Under the pieces are notes generated by a model. The model was given only the letters and a program-made list of their open reading frames with translations. It was not told the DNA's origin and did no database searches. A program made the translations under genes and the position numbers. Below are positions 20,720 through 36,418 of a stretch of 64,000 nt of DNA, piece after piece. How positions within the stretch are numbered: the first letter of the stretch is position 1; each line of letters starts with the position of its first letter. Source of the DNA: Chloroflexota bacterium (GTDB lineage Bacteria > Chloroflexota > Limnocylindria > P2-11E); assembly GCA_005883625.1 (NCBI GenBank), contig VBDU01000092.1, positions 3,621-67,620 of the forward strand. Reading direction: 5' to 3'.

Positions 20720-21889
20720 TCAGAGCAGGACCGAGCGGTCCCCTTCGCGCCGCATCGAGATCGACTGAAGCACTCCGAGAGCAAAACAGATCGACACGAG
20801 CGAGCTGCCGCCGTGTGAGATGAACGGCAGCGGGATGCCGGTGATCGGCATGAGCGAGATCGCCATCCCGACGTTCACGACGATCTGGAACGCGAGCATC
20901 GTCGCGACTCCGCCGGCCACCAGGAGCCCGAACGGGTCGCGCGCGCGGAACGCGATCCTGAGCGCCGCGAGGAGGAGCACCGCGTAGAGCGCGAACAGGA
21001 TGACGGCGCCGACGAACCCGAGGTCTTCGGCGAGGCCCGCGAACACGAAGTCCGACTCCGCGATGGGCAGATACCCGAGCGGGGACTGCGTGCCGGCGGT
21101 GAGGCCCTTGCCGGTGGCGCCGCCCGAGCCCACCGCGATGAGCGACTGGATGATGTTCCAGCCGGCCCCCTGCGGGTCCCCGTACGGGTTCAGGAACGCG
21201 GTGAGCCGCGCGCGCTGGTACTCCTTGAGGAACGACCAGACGAGCGGCAGCGCGGCGATGGCGACCGCGACGAGCCCGGTGAGCTGCCAGGCGCGCGCGC
21301 CCGCGAGGAACGCGACGCCGAAAAAGATCGCGACGAAGACCAGGCTCGTCCCGAGATCGGGTTGCCGGTAGACGAGGAAGACCGCCGGGGCGAGGAGCCC
21401 GAGCCCCTGCAGGACGACGAGCGGCGAGCGGACGCGCTCTTCCCGATCGGCGAAGAACTTCGCGAGCACGATGATCATGAGCACCTTCGCGACCTCGCTG
21501 AACTGGAACGTCAGCCCGCCGAAGCTGACCGACCGCTGCGCGCCGAGCGTCGATGTGCCGATGACGAGGACGACGCCGAGGAGCCCGAGCATGAGAAGGT
21601 AGAGGAGCGGCGCGAACGCGCCGAGCCAGGCGTAATCGAAGAGCGCGACGGCCACCATCGCCGTGAGGCCGACGGTCGCCCAGATCGCGCCTCGGTAGAC
21701 GAACTGCATTGGATCTCCTGTGAACGTGCGGGTCTCGGCGGTGACCGAGTAGGTCATCACGAGGCCGTATCCGATGAGCAGGAGCGTCACGATGAGAAGA
21801 AAGGGATCGACGTGCTCCCAGCGGCTCGGGACCGGGCGGTCGTGGAACGGTGTCGCGGCGCGGGGGAGGGCGAGCGGCCGGACGCTCAC
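20720..21889 (-). CDS. rodA: Rod shape-determining protein RodA
   Basis: GAQRS, QPDLGT, YQRARL, QSLIAVGSGG, PITGIPLPFISHGGSS. Confidence 0.95.
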   Translation of the reverse strand: MSVRPLALPRAATPFHDRPVPSRWEHVDPFLLIVTLLLIGYGLVMTYSVTAETRTFTGDPMQFVYRGAIWATVGLTAMVAVALFDYAWLGAFAPLLYLLMLGLLGVVLVIGTSTLGAQRSVSFGGLTFQFSEVAKVLMIIVLAKFFADREERVRSPLVVLQGLGLLAPAVFLVYRQPDLGTSLVFVAIFFGVAFLAGARAWQLTGLVAVAIAALPLVWSFLKEYQRARLTAFLNPYGDPQGAGWNIIQSLIAVGSGGATGKGLTAGTQSPLGYLPIAESDFVFAGLAEDLGFVGAVILFALYAVLLLAALRIAFRARDPFGLLVAGGVATMLAFQIVVNVGMAISLMPITGIPLPFISHGGSSLVSICFALGVLQSISMRREGDRSVLL

Positions 21890-23766
21890 GGCTTCTCCAG
21901 GAGGTACTGCTCGAGGATCCGCTGCGACATACCGACGGCCGGGTTGAAACAGTTCTCGCAGAGCGACTTCGACGAGTTGAAGACGAAGATGATCATCGCG
22001 ATCTCAGCGGTCGGGTCGGTGTTGTCGGCCTTCGGCACGAACGAGACGAACCAGTTGTGGAAGCCGTAGATGTTGCGGCCGGCGCTGTCGTGGCCGCCGG
22101 AGGCGCCGAATTCCGCGGTGCCGGTCTTTCCCGCGATCGGCAGCTTCGGGTTCGGCATGTACGCGTGGCCGATCGTCACGACCCGCCTGGCCGACTCGCG
22201 AAGGAGGCGCAGGTTCTCGGCAGTGATGTCGAGCTTTCGGATCGGCGTCGGCGTCGCCGTCGCGACGACGGTTCCGCTCACGTCGCGAGCTTCTTTGAAA
22301 AGGTGCGGCCGCCAGAGCGTGCCGCCGTTCGCGACCGAAGCGTACGCGTTGAGGAGCTGGAGCGGCGTCACCGCGACGTAGCCCTGGCCGATCGCCTCGT
22401 GGTACGTGTTCCCGATCGACCACGGCTCGTCGAAGGTGCGCTGTTTCCACTGCGGGTCCGGCATGATCCCCGACGCCTCGTTCGGAATGTCGATGCCGGT
22501 CGGGGCGCCGAACCCGAGCATGCGTCCGTACTTCGCGATCGCGTCGGGCCCGACGCCCCGGACGCTCGGCGCGAACGGCGTCCCGGCGGCGAGCGTGTAG
22601 AAGTAGATGTCGCTCGAGTGGGCGAAGCCCGTGACGAAGTTCAGCGTCCCGTGGGCGCGCCAGTCGTAGAACGGGGTGCCGCTCACGCTGAACGACATCG
22701 CCGAGACGTTCACGGTCGTGTCGCGGTTCGCGGTCCCCTCCGACAGCGCGGACAGCCCGGTGACCAGCTTGAAGGTCGACCCCGGCGGGTAAATGTCGGA
22801 GGTGGCCTTGTTCACCAGGGGATGGCGGTCGTCGGCGTTGAGCGCCGCGATCTCCTTCGCGCTGATGCCACGCGCGAACGCATTGTTGTCGTAGCCCGGA
22901 ATCGAGACCATCGCGAGGATGTCGCCGTTCTGCGGGTTCAGGGCGATCCCGACGCCCTGGGTGAACTTGTCCTCGAGGACACCCTTTCGGAGCTCGCCGT
23001 CGAGGAGCTTCTGGAGGCGGTCGTCGATCGTGAGGACCACGGTGTTGCCGACCGTCGGCGCCCGCAGCGCGAGGGTCTTGATCTCACGCTGCGCCGCGTC
23101 GCGCTCGACCTCGCGCCAGCCGTAGGTGCCGCGAAGATATTTCTCGTAGGTCGCCTCGAGACCGGTGCGACCGATGTCGTCGTCGAGGAGGTACCCCTTC
23201 TCGCGGAGATCGTCGAGCTCGCCCTCGGTCACCGGGCCGGTGTAGCCGATGACCGGCGCGTACAGCTCGCCGTCCTGATAGAAGCGGATGCTTCCCGGTT
23301 CCACGCGGACGCCCGGGAAGAGCTCGCCCCGCTCGCTGACCGCTACCGCGATCTCCCGCGGGACGGGCGTCGGGGAGATGCGCACCGGCTCGTAGGGGTT
23401 GCGCTGGCGCTGCGCCGTGATCGCGCCTTGGACCGCCTCCGTGGGCAGTCCGAGCAGCGCGCCGAGGCGTAACGCGAGCTCCGACTCGCGCGCCCGCGGG
23501 AGGTCGACGGGGATGATGCTCACCTCGAAGCCGGGGATGTTCACGACAAGGGGGCGGCCGTTGCGGTCGGTGACGCTCCCCCGCTCCGCGCGGACCGGGA
23601 GACGGAGGATGCGGTTCTGTTGGGAAAGGGCGCCGTAGTAGTCGCCGCGCACGATCTGGAGGTCGTAGAGCCGGGCGGTCAGCCCGCCGAAAACGAGCAC
23701 GATGGCAAGCCCGACCGCGGCGAATCGCCGACCATGCACGAACGCGCGGGGCGCGCGTCTCACCAT
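21886..23766 (-). CDS. mrdA: Penicillin-binding protein 2
   Basis: RGSVTDRNG, GRTGLE, PGSTFK (SxxK), SSD, AGKTGTAE. Confidence 0.95.
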   Translation of the reverse strand: MVRRAPRAFVHGRRFAAVGLAIVLVFGGLTARLYDLQIVRGDYYGALSQQNRILRLPVRAERGSVTDRNGRPLVVNIPGFEVSIIPVDLPRARESELALRLGALLGLPTEAVQGAITAQRQRNPYEPVRISPTPVPREIAVAVSERGELFPGVRVEPGSIRFYQDGELYAPVIGYTGPVTEGELDDLREKGYLLDDDIGRTGLEATYEKYLRGTYGWREVERDAAQREIKTLALRAPTVGNTVVLTIDDRLQKLLDGELRKGVLEDKFTQGVGIALNPQNGDILAMVSIPGYDNNAFARGISAKEIAALNADDRHPLVNKATSDIYPPGSTFKLVTGLSALSEGTANRDTTVNVSAMSFSVSGTPFYDWRAHGTLNFVTGFAHSSDIYFYTLAAGTPFAPSVRGVGPDAIAKYGRMLGFGAPTGIDIPNEASGIMPDPQWKQRTFDEPWSIGNTYHEAIGQGYVAVTPLQLLNAYASVANGGTLWRPHLFKEARDVSGTVVATATPTPIRKLDITAENLRLLRESARRVVTIGHAYMPNPKLPIAGKTGTAEFGASGGHDSAGRNIYGFHNWFVSFVPKADNTDPTAEIAMIIFVFNSSKSLCENCFNPAVGMSQRILEQYLLEKP

Positions 23767-24266
23767 CCCGACGCTCCCTGTTTCTCCGTCACGCGACGCA
23801 CGAGCCGCGCGAGCGGGTAGACGACGAGCGCGAGCGCACCCGTGTAGATCGCCCCCGCGACGGCGGTGCCCGCCTCGAGCGGGAACGAGCCGATCGGCTG
23901 ACCCGTTACGGCGAGGATGCCCAGATAGAGCAGCGCCGCCGCGAGGGCGGCGATCCCCACGAGGAGCGCGCCCGCCAGCACCGGGGTCGGCCGGCCCGCT
24001 GCCCGATCACCGAGGCCGACGGCGGCGACCGGCGGTAGCGACGCGCACGCGAACGCTCCCAGCGGCCCGCCCGAGAGAAGATCGCTCGCCAGGCCACCCA
24101 CGAACGCCCACCACACGGCTTCGCGGGCGCCCGCGGCCACCGACCAGGCCGCCGCGACCAATAACGGTAGCGAGGGCCGGGCCCCGCCGATGGTGATGAA
24201 CGGCGCGACCGTGCCCTGCAGCAACGCGGCCGCGATCGGTATCAGCAGTCCGAGCGCGAGGCGCAC
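23760..24266 (-). CDS. mreD: Rod shape-determining protein MreD
   Basis: GARPSLPLL, GGLASDLLSGGPLG; hydrophobic; directly upstream of mrdA. Confidence 0.85.
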   Translation of the reverse strand: MRLALGLLIPIAAALLQGTVAPFITIGGARPSLPLLVAAAWSVAAGAREAVWWAFVGGLASDLLSGGPLGAFACASLPPVAAVGLGDRAAGRPTPVLAGALLVGIAALAAALLYLGILAVTGQPIGSFPLEAGTAVAGAIYTGALALVVYPLARLVRRVTEKQGASGW

Positions 24267-24323
24267 CGAGCTTCCCTCGCGTGACCAGGTCGTCGCGGCC
24301 ACGAACGGCTTCGGTCCTTTCGG

Positions 24324-25463
24324 TCAGGAATGCGCGCGCCTGCCCACGGGCCGCGCCGCGGGATGCTCCGATACCGGCTCGTGGACGCTCGCGAGCTCCT
24401 CCTCCAGCTTCGGGAACGGATCCTGGTCCCGCAGCTTCGCGCTTATGTAGATGAGCACGAGCCGCAGCGTGGCGGCGAACGGAACTGCGACGAAGACGCC
24501 GAGGAGGCCAAAGAGCGCACCGCCGCTCAGCAGAGAGAAGATGACGACGGCGGGATGGAGCCGGACGATCCGGCCGATGACGAACGGGATGACGAAATAG
24601 TCCTCCGCGTGCCGAAGGACCGTGTACATGATCGCCACGACGGCGACGTACACGATCTGCGACATTCCCCAGGGCGCGGGATGGCCGAGCGCGACGAGAC
24701 ACGCGATCGCGCCAGCGGTGATCGGGCCCACAATCGGAATGACCTCGAGGACACCCGTCGTCATCCCCAGGAGGAACGAGAACGGGACCTGGAGGATCGT
24801 CAGCCCGATGAACGTCGTCGTCCACATCACCAGGACCAGGAACAGCTGTCCGCGCACGTACCGCCCGAGGAGCGCGTTCACCTCGCCGAGCAGCGGCACG
24901 ATCTCCGCGCGCTGGCTCGAGGGAATGAGCCGGCGGATCCAGTCGAACAGCCGAGGCGCGTCGCGCAGGAAGAAGAACGTCGCGATCAGGAACACGAGGA
25001 ACTCGAGGAGAAACCGACCGAGACCCACGACGAACGGGACGGCCGTGCGCGCGATCGCCTGACCGACGTCTCCGCCGCCCGAGACGTTGTTGAGCAGCAG
25101 CTCGTCGAGGTCCGCGAGGCCGACCTGATCCGCCGTCTCCGCGAGGGTGCTCTGCGCGTTCGCGAGTAGGCTCGGGAGGGTCCGTTGCAGCTCGCGCACT
25201 TGGTCCACGATGACCGGTGCGAGCAGCCGCCCGCCACCGAAAATGAAAGCGAGCAGCGCGAGGAACACGAGGGCAGCCGCGAGCGTGCGCCGCATCGGCA
25301 GTCGCCGCTCGAGGAATCCCACGACCGGCAGCAGGACGTACGACAAGACCGCGGCCCAGACGAATGGCCGGACGATGTCGCCCGCGCGGTAGACGACATA
25401 GATCGCGCCGATCAGGAGAAGGGCCACCACCAGCCGCTTCGTCGTCCCGCTCCAACGAGCCAT
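24324..25463 (-). CDS. AI-2E family transporter
   Basis: PFVWAAVLSYVLLP, YVRGQL, IPIVGP, LHPAVV, GLLGVFVAVP. Confidence 0.92.
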   Translation of the reverse strand: MARWSGTTKRLVVALLLIGAIYVVYRAGDIVRPFVWAAVLSYVLLPVVGFLERRLPMRRTLAAALVFLALLAFIFGGGRLLAPVIVDQVRELQRTLPSLLANAQSTLAETADQVGLADLDELLLNNVSGGGDVGQAIARTAVPFVVGLGRFLLEFLVFLIATFFFLRDAPRLFDWIRRLIPSSQRAEIVPLLGEVNALLGRYVRGQLFLVLVMWTTTFIGLTILQVPFSFLLGMTTGVLEVIPIVGPITAGAIACLVALGHPAPWGMSQIVYVAVVAIMYTVLRHAEDYFVIPFVIGRIVRLHPAVVIFSLLSGGALFGLLGVFVAVPFAATLRLVLIYISAKLRDQDPFPKLEEELASVHEPVSEHPAARPVGRRAHS

Positions 25464-25740
25464 CGGCCGGATTATCAGCCTGCCTCGGATGATCGGGGGG
25501 TCGGCCGGGTCGCGGCTCAGAACCCATAAACGGTAGCGGCGCGCCGGCGGTTGCAGCTCGTCCCCAACGCAGCGAGCGGGCGCAGCCTGTGCAGCGAGAG
25601 TGCCTTTGGATGCATCCGAGCAGGTTCGGGAACGCGCGCCGGGGGACGCGTTCCGCTAGAATGGTGAGCACGACCGGTCACATTTCTCCGCCCAGTTTTA
25701 CCCAATATCGAACATCGCCTCGCGCTCTGGCCGGGAGGAA

Positions 25741-25756
25741 TGTTTCACGGGTGACA
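25741..25756. promoter_or_regulatory. parS-like site
   Basis: TGTTTCACGGGTGACA matches TGTTTCACGTGAAACA at 13/16, 11 nt before the parA start. Confidence 0.65.
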
Positions 25757-25767
25757 AGGATGCGCCG

Positions 25768-26558
25768 GTGACCGTTCTTGCGATCAGCAACCAGAAGGGC
25801 GGAGTGGGAAAGACCACAACCGCGATCAATGTGGGCGCCGCCCTGGCCAACCGTGGACAGCGAGTTCTTCTGGTCGACCTCGACCCTCAAGCCAACGCCA
25901 CCAGCGGTCTTGGAGCAAGCAAGGACTCGCCGAACGCTATCTATGGAGTGCTACTGAAGGAGCAGCCGATAACCGAAGCCATCGTGACAACGCCGGTGGA
26001 GGGCCTGCACCTTGTTCCCTCGGGTCCCGACATGGCGGGCGCGGAAGTCGAGCTCACGCCCCTCATGGCGCGTGAGTACCGCTTGCGTCAGGCGCTTCGT
26101 GGCGCTCGTGGCTACGACACCGTGTTCGTCGACTGCCCGCCGTCGCTTGGTCTGCTCACGATCAACGCACTCGCCGCGTGCGACGCCGTGCTGATTCCTG
26201 TCCAGTGCGAATACTTCGCGCTCGAGGGACTCGCACAGCTCCTCGACACCATCGAAGCGGTCCGCCTTCGTCTCAACGACCTGCTCGAGATCCTCGCGAT
26301 CGTGCTCACAATGGAGGACCGCAGGAACCGGCTCTCCGAGCAGGTGATCGACGAGGTCCGCCGGCATTTCCCCAAGCTCGTCACGCGCTCCCGCATTCCC
26401 AGGGCAGTCCGCCTCGCCGAGGCGCCCTCGCACGGGCTGCCGATCTCGCTTTACGACCGCCACTCCAGCGCTGCGAAGGCGTATGACGACTTGGCGCGAG
26501 AGCTCTCCGCTCGACTCAAGAGCCGCGCGCCGATCGCGCTCGGTGGGGCGATCGCCTG

Positions 26559-26559
<1 letters not shown>
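25768..26559 (+). CDS. parA: Chromosome partitioning ATPase ParA/Soj
   Basis: NQKGGVGKTTT, DLDPQAN, DCPPSLG, PVQCEY, LAEAPS. Confidence 0.97.
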
Positions 26560-29595
<3,036 letters not shown>

Positions 29596-29596
<1 letters not shown>

Positions 29597-30126
29597 TGGC
29601 GAGACTGTCGGAGCTCGGGATCGATTTCCAGCACTGGTGCTTCGCCTGCGGCCGGCTCAACCCGGGCGGGATGCACCTGGACTTCGAGGTGTCGCGAGAC
29701 CGCGCGGAGGCGCGCTACACCGCCCTCGAGCGCCACCAGGGCTACGACGGCCTGCTCCACGGTGGCGTCGTCACCGCAATGCTCGACGAGGCGATGGGCT
29801 GGGCGATCTTCCACCAGGGCATCTGGGGGGTGACCGCGCGTATCAGCGTCACGTTCCGGCAGCCCGTCCCCACCAACGAGGAGCTGCGCGTGGTGGGAGA
29901 GATCACGCGCGACCGCGGCCGCCTCATCGAGACGCATGGCACGGTGACGCGCGCCGCGGACGGGAGCGTGCTCGCCGAGGCCGACGCGACGTTCCTGCGC
30001 ATGCCCGAGAGCCGCCGGCGCGAGCTCGAGCGCCGCTACTCGCGGACCGACGAAGCGTTCGCGCGCGTCCGGGCGGCGATTGCCGCGGAAGAGGCGGCAC
30101 AGCCCGTAGAGCACGGGCGCACGTGA
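29596..30126 (+). CDS. PaaI family (hot-dog fold) thioesterase
   Basis: CFACG..NP.G, HQGY.G.LHGG....LDE; GTG overlaps the gyrB stop. Confidence 0.9.
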
Positions 30127-30136
30127 GGGTGACGGC

Positions 30137-33031
<2,895 letters not shown>

Positions 33032-33039
33032 CGAGGGCA

Positions 33040-33160
33040 CGCTCGCTCGTTACATAAGGGAGCCACGCCCAACTCGCATGTCAACCTGTCCGGCAGGCGT
33101 ACGTTCCGTGGCCTGGCAGTACCAGGTTGAGACGTTTAGGCGTTGTGCTGGAGACGCGAC
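33040..33160. ncRNA. Candidate structured RNA between gyrA and ftsE
   Basis: Nested inverted repeats TCAACCTG/CAGGTTGA and ACGCCCAA/TTAGGCGT in a lower-GC spacer. Confidence 0.3.
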
Positions 33161-33201
33161 GTTGGTTACGGTATCCGCCAACCGCGTGAGGGAGTCGACC
33201 A

Positions 33202-33882
33202 CTGATCGCGCTCGATGACGTCAGCAAGCGCTATCCGAACGGCACCCAGGCGCTCCGCGACGTCGACCTGTCGATCGATTCCGGGGACTTCGTCTTCCTC
33301 GTCGGCTCGTCCGGCGCGGGCAAATCGACCCTCATCCGCCTGCTCATCCGCGAGGAGGTCCCCTCCAGCGGGAAAGTCTGGGTGGACGGCCAGGATGTCG
33401 TCCGGATGCGCCACTCGCACGTGCCGCGCCTGCGCCGAAAGGTGGGCGTGGTCTTCCAGGACTTCAAGCTGCTCCCGACGAGGACCGTCGCCGAGAACGT
33501 CGCCTTCGCGCTCCTCGTGACCGGTCACTCGGGAGACGAGGTCCGCGAGGAGACCGACCGCGTGCTCTCGCTGGTCGGGCTGGCCCAGCGGCGCGACCAC
33601 TTTCCCGATCAGCTTTCGGGCGGCGAGCAGCAGCGGACCGCGATGGCGAGGGCGCTCGTGAACAGGCCGCGCATCCTCATCGCGGACGAGCCCACCGGCA
33701 ACCTCGATCCGGTCACGAGCTGGGAGATCATCAAGCTCCTCGTGCGGGTGAACGAGCTCGGCACGACGCTCGTGATGGCGACGCACAACGCGGAGATCGT
33801 CAACGCCCTCCGCCGGCGCGTCGTCCACCTTGACCACGGCGCCGTCGTGCGCGACGAGCGCGAAGGCCTCTACGCCGCATGA
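33202..33882 (+). CDS. ftsE: Cell division ATP-binding protein FtsE (CTG start)
   Basis: LIALDDVSKRY, GSSGAGKST, VFQDFKLL, LSGGEQQR, ADEPTGNLD; SD GAGGGAG; in-frame TGA at 33187. Confidence 0.93.
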   Translation: MIALDDVSKRYPNGTQALRDVDLSIDSGDFVFLVGSSGAGKSTLIRLLIREEVPSSGKVWVDGQDVVRMRHSHVPRLRRKVGVVFQDFKLLPTRTVAENVAFALLVTGHSGDEVREETDRVLSLVGLAQRRDHFPDQLSGGEQQRTAMARALVNRPRILIADEPTGNLDPVTSWEIIKLLVRVNELGTTLVMATHNAEIVNALRRRVVHLDHGAVVRDEREGLYAA

Positions 33883-34769
33883 AGCGCCTGAGCTACGTGC
33901 TCCTCGCGGCGTGGCAGGGCTTCTGGCGCAACCCGGTGATGAGCCTCGCCTCGACGCTGACCGTGAGCCTCATGCTCCTGCTCTTCGCGTTCTTCTTCGC
34001 CACCGACCGCGGGCTGCAGGCGGCCGTCGGCATCCTCGAGTCGAAGGTCGAGTTGGGGCTCTTCCTCGAGGACGACGCCAAGGTCTCCGACATCCTCGCG
34101 CTCAAGGCGCGCATCGAGGCCGACCCCGCGGTCGCCCGCGTCGACTACGTCACGAAGGATCAGGCCCTCGCGCGTCTGGTGGCGATCGCCGAGCGCCGCC
34201 CCGACCTGGCGATCGAGGACGTCGGGCCGAACCCGCTCCCCGCGTCGCTCGAGATCAAGCTCGCGCGGGCGCAGGAGGCCGCGCGCGTCGGCGCGCTCCT
34301 CCGTGAGGAGCTCGGCAAGGGCGTCGTGTACGACGTCGTCGACAACCCCTCCGTCGTCGACAAGCTCCTCACGATCACGCGCGTGCTCTCGATCGGCGGC
34401 GTCGCCGTGCTCGGGATCATGCTCTTCGTCGCCTTGTTCGTGATCGTGAACACGATCCGCATCGCGGTCCACGCGCGACGCGACGAGATCGAGATCATGA
34501 AGCTCGTCGGCGCCAGCGACTGGTTCGTGCGCTGGCCGTTCATCCTCGAGGGCATGCTCGTCGGCGCGCTCGGCGCGGCCGCGTCGCTCACCGTCCTGTT
34601 CCTGGCGTCGGGAGCGGTGACGTCCTCGCTGCTCGCCTTCCTCGACATCCTCCCGGTCTCGTTCGGACCGACGTTCCTCGCCGAGCTCGCGGCCACGGTG
34701 GTGGGTATCGCGCTCGTCGTGGGAGGGGGCGGGGCCACCTGGGCCGTCCGCTCGCACCTGGCGAAGTGA
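33879..34769 (+). CDS. ftsX: Cell division permease FtsX
   Basis: NPLPAS, NTIRIAVHARRDEIEIMKLVGA, PFILEG. Confidence 0.95.
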   Translation: MKRLSYVLLAAWQGFWRNPVMSLASTLTVSLMLLLFAFFFATDRGLQAAVGILESKVELGLFLEDDAKVSDILALKARIEADPAVARVDYVTKDQALARLVAIAERRPDLAIEDVGPNPLPASLEIKLARAQEAARVGALLREELGKGVVYDVVDNPSVVDKLLTITRVLSIGGVAVLGIMLFVALFVIVNTIRIAVHARRDEIEIMKLVGASDWFVRWPFILEGMLVGALGAAASLTVLFLASGAVTSSLLAFLDILPVSFGPTFLAELAATVVGIALVVGGGGATWAVRSHLAK

Positions 34770-34816
34770 GTCTCCCCTTGACCGCGTCCCATTCCGGGTG
34801 CGACGATGCGCGCCTG

Positions 34817-36139
34817 ATGGGAGCTCCCCGGACCCGCCGGGGAGGTGGGGGTTGGAGGACGCACGCGGCGCGCGCGATCTCGGTCGCGCTGGTTGCGGCC
34901 GCCGTCCTTTCCTCGTTCGCCAGCCCCGCTCGCGCCGACGACCCGCTGACCGAGGCCCTCAAGCGCAAGGAGGAGCTCGAGCGCGCCGTCCAGGTCGCGC
35001 GTCAGAACACGCAGCGCTACCAGACGGCCGCGGGCCAGTTCCAGGCCGCCATCAACGCGGCGAACGCGCGGATCGCCGCGCTCGCCGGCAAGCAGGCCGA
35101 CGCCCAGTCCGAGGCGGAAGCCCTGGGCTACGAGATCCAGATCGCCGAGGAGCAGCTCGCGCTCGTCGCGTTCCAGCTCGACGAGACCAAGGCCCTCGCG
35201 GATTCGCTCAAGGCACAGGCCGACGAGCAGACCCGCCAGCTCCTCCGTCGGCAGGAGCTCTACGCGCGCCACCTTCGCACCACGTACCGCCAGGCGCTCG
35301 TCTCGCCGCTCGAGATGCTGCTGGGGTCCTCGTCGCTCACCGAGTTCGCGAGCCGCCTGCAGGCGATGATCTTCGTGAACCGTCAGGACACCCGTCTCGC
35401 GAACGAGATCCGCGCGCTCCGTGCCGACACCGCGCGGAAGCAGGACGAGGCCTCCGCGAAGGAGAAGGAGATCCTCGGCCTGCAGGACGAGATCGGCCTC
35501 ACCCGCCAGCGCCTCACCGTGGAGAAGACGCTCTACGACAAGCTCGTCGCCGACGCGGAGGCGGCGATGGACGAGCAGGCCCAGGCGCGCGCCGGCGCCG
35601 CCGCGGACCGCAACTCGGCACAGAACGCCGCGCGCCGGTCGGATCGCCAGAGGCAGGACCTGCAGCGACAGCTCGATCAGGCCGAGGCGTACTACGAGCA
35701 GCTCGCCGCGGCGCAGGCCGGCAAGAGCGGGCTTGGCGCCTTCAACGGGAAGCTCTTCATGTGGCCGGTGCGCGGACCCATCACGTCGTACTTCGGTCCG
35801 CGCTGGGGCGGCTTCCACAACGGTCTCGACATCGCGGCGCCGATGTACACGCCCGTCCGCGCGCCCTCGACCGGCGTCGTGACCACGGTCGGGCGCCCGT
35901 ACATCGCGTCGGGCGACACGGCGGTCGTCGTGATCATCGCGCACGGCAACAACTTCGCGACGCTCTCCGGTCACCTGGCCGACGGCGGCCGCTGGCCGCC
36001 GGTGCACGTAGGCCAGCGCGTCGCGGCGGGCGAGATCATCGGCTATATCGGCATGACAGGCTGGACGACCGGCCCGCACGACCACTTCATGACGATCGTC
36101 GACGGTCGCGCGCAGAACCCGCTCAGCTACCTCCCGTAG
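34817..36139 (+). CDS. Coiled-coil M23 peptidase (FtsEX-associated murein hydrolase)
   Basis: Signal peptide, long coiled coil, HNGLD and GPHDH zinc ligands. Confidence 0.9.
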   Translation: MGAPRTRRGGGGWRTHAARAISVALVAAAVLSSFASPARADDPLTEALKRKEELERAVQVARQNTQRYQTAAGQFQAAINAANARIAALAGKQADAQSEAEALGYEIQIAEEQLALVAFQLDETKALADSLKAQADEQTRQLLRRQELYARHLRTTYRQALVSPLEMLLGSSSLTEFASRLQAMIFVNRQDTRLANEIRALRADTARKQDEASAKEKEILGLQDEIGLTRQRLTVEKTLYDKLVADAEAAMDEQAQARAGAAADRNSAQNAARRSDRQRQDLQRQLDQAEAYYEQLAAAQAGKSGLGAFNGKLFMWPVRGPITSYFGPRWGGFHNGLDIAAPMYTPVRAPSTGVVTTVGRPYIASGDTAVVVIIAHGNNFATLSGHLADGGRWPPVHVGQRVAAGEIIGYIGMTGWTTGPHDHFMTIVDGRAQNPLSYLP

Positions 36140-36191
36140 CAGCGCGAAAAGAGCCCACGGGCGCTGCGTCCCCTCTGTCACCGCCGTCACG

Positions 36192-36220
36192 TTGACGCGC
36201 GCCCGGGGGGATGACACGAT
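36192..36220 (+). promoter_or_regulatory. Sigma70-type promoter
   Basis: TTGACG-17 nt-CACGAT with extended TG. Confidence 0.6.
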
Positions 36221-36225
36221 CCATG

Positions 36226-36402
36226 GCGAAAGAAAGGAGGTGATGTGGAGTGGGCGATGCCAGTGGGAATCCAAAGACCCAGGCGGCTCACTTCAGCCTT
36301 TCGGAATGCATCCAACTGAGGTGATCGCGAGCTAACGCCAAGGGTCTTTGGTGACCCCGGCAAACGACAGCGGCGGCAGCGGTGCCGCCGCTGTCGTGTT
36401 TC
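36226..36402 (+). ncRNA. Candidate small structured RNA (or small-peptide mRNA) upstream of smpB
   Basis: Own promoter, AGAAAGGAGGTGAT 5' region, long rod 36258-36362, terminator. Confidence 0.5.
36364..36402 (+). terminator. Intrinsic terminator
   Basis: ACGACAGCGGCGGCA-GCGG-TGCCGCCGCTGTCGT then GTTT. Confidence 0.75.
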
Positions 36403-36418
36403 CCCCTAACCTCTCCGC

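Noticed and set aside
36223-36243. MAKERR mini-ORF overlapping the strong SD
   Set aside because: Its ATG lies only 2 nt after the predicted -10 box, so probably upstream of the transcription start
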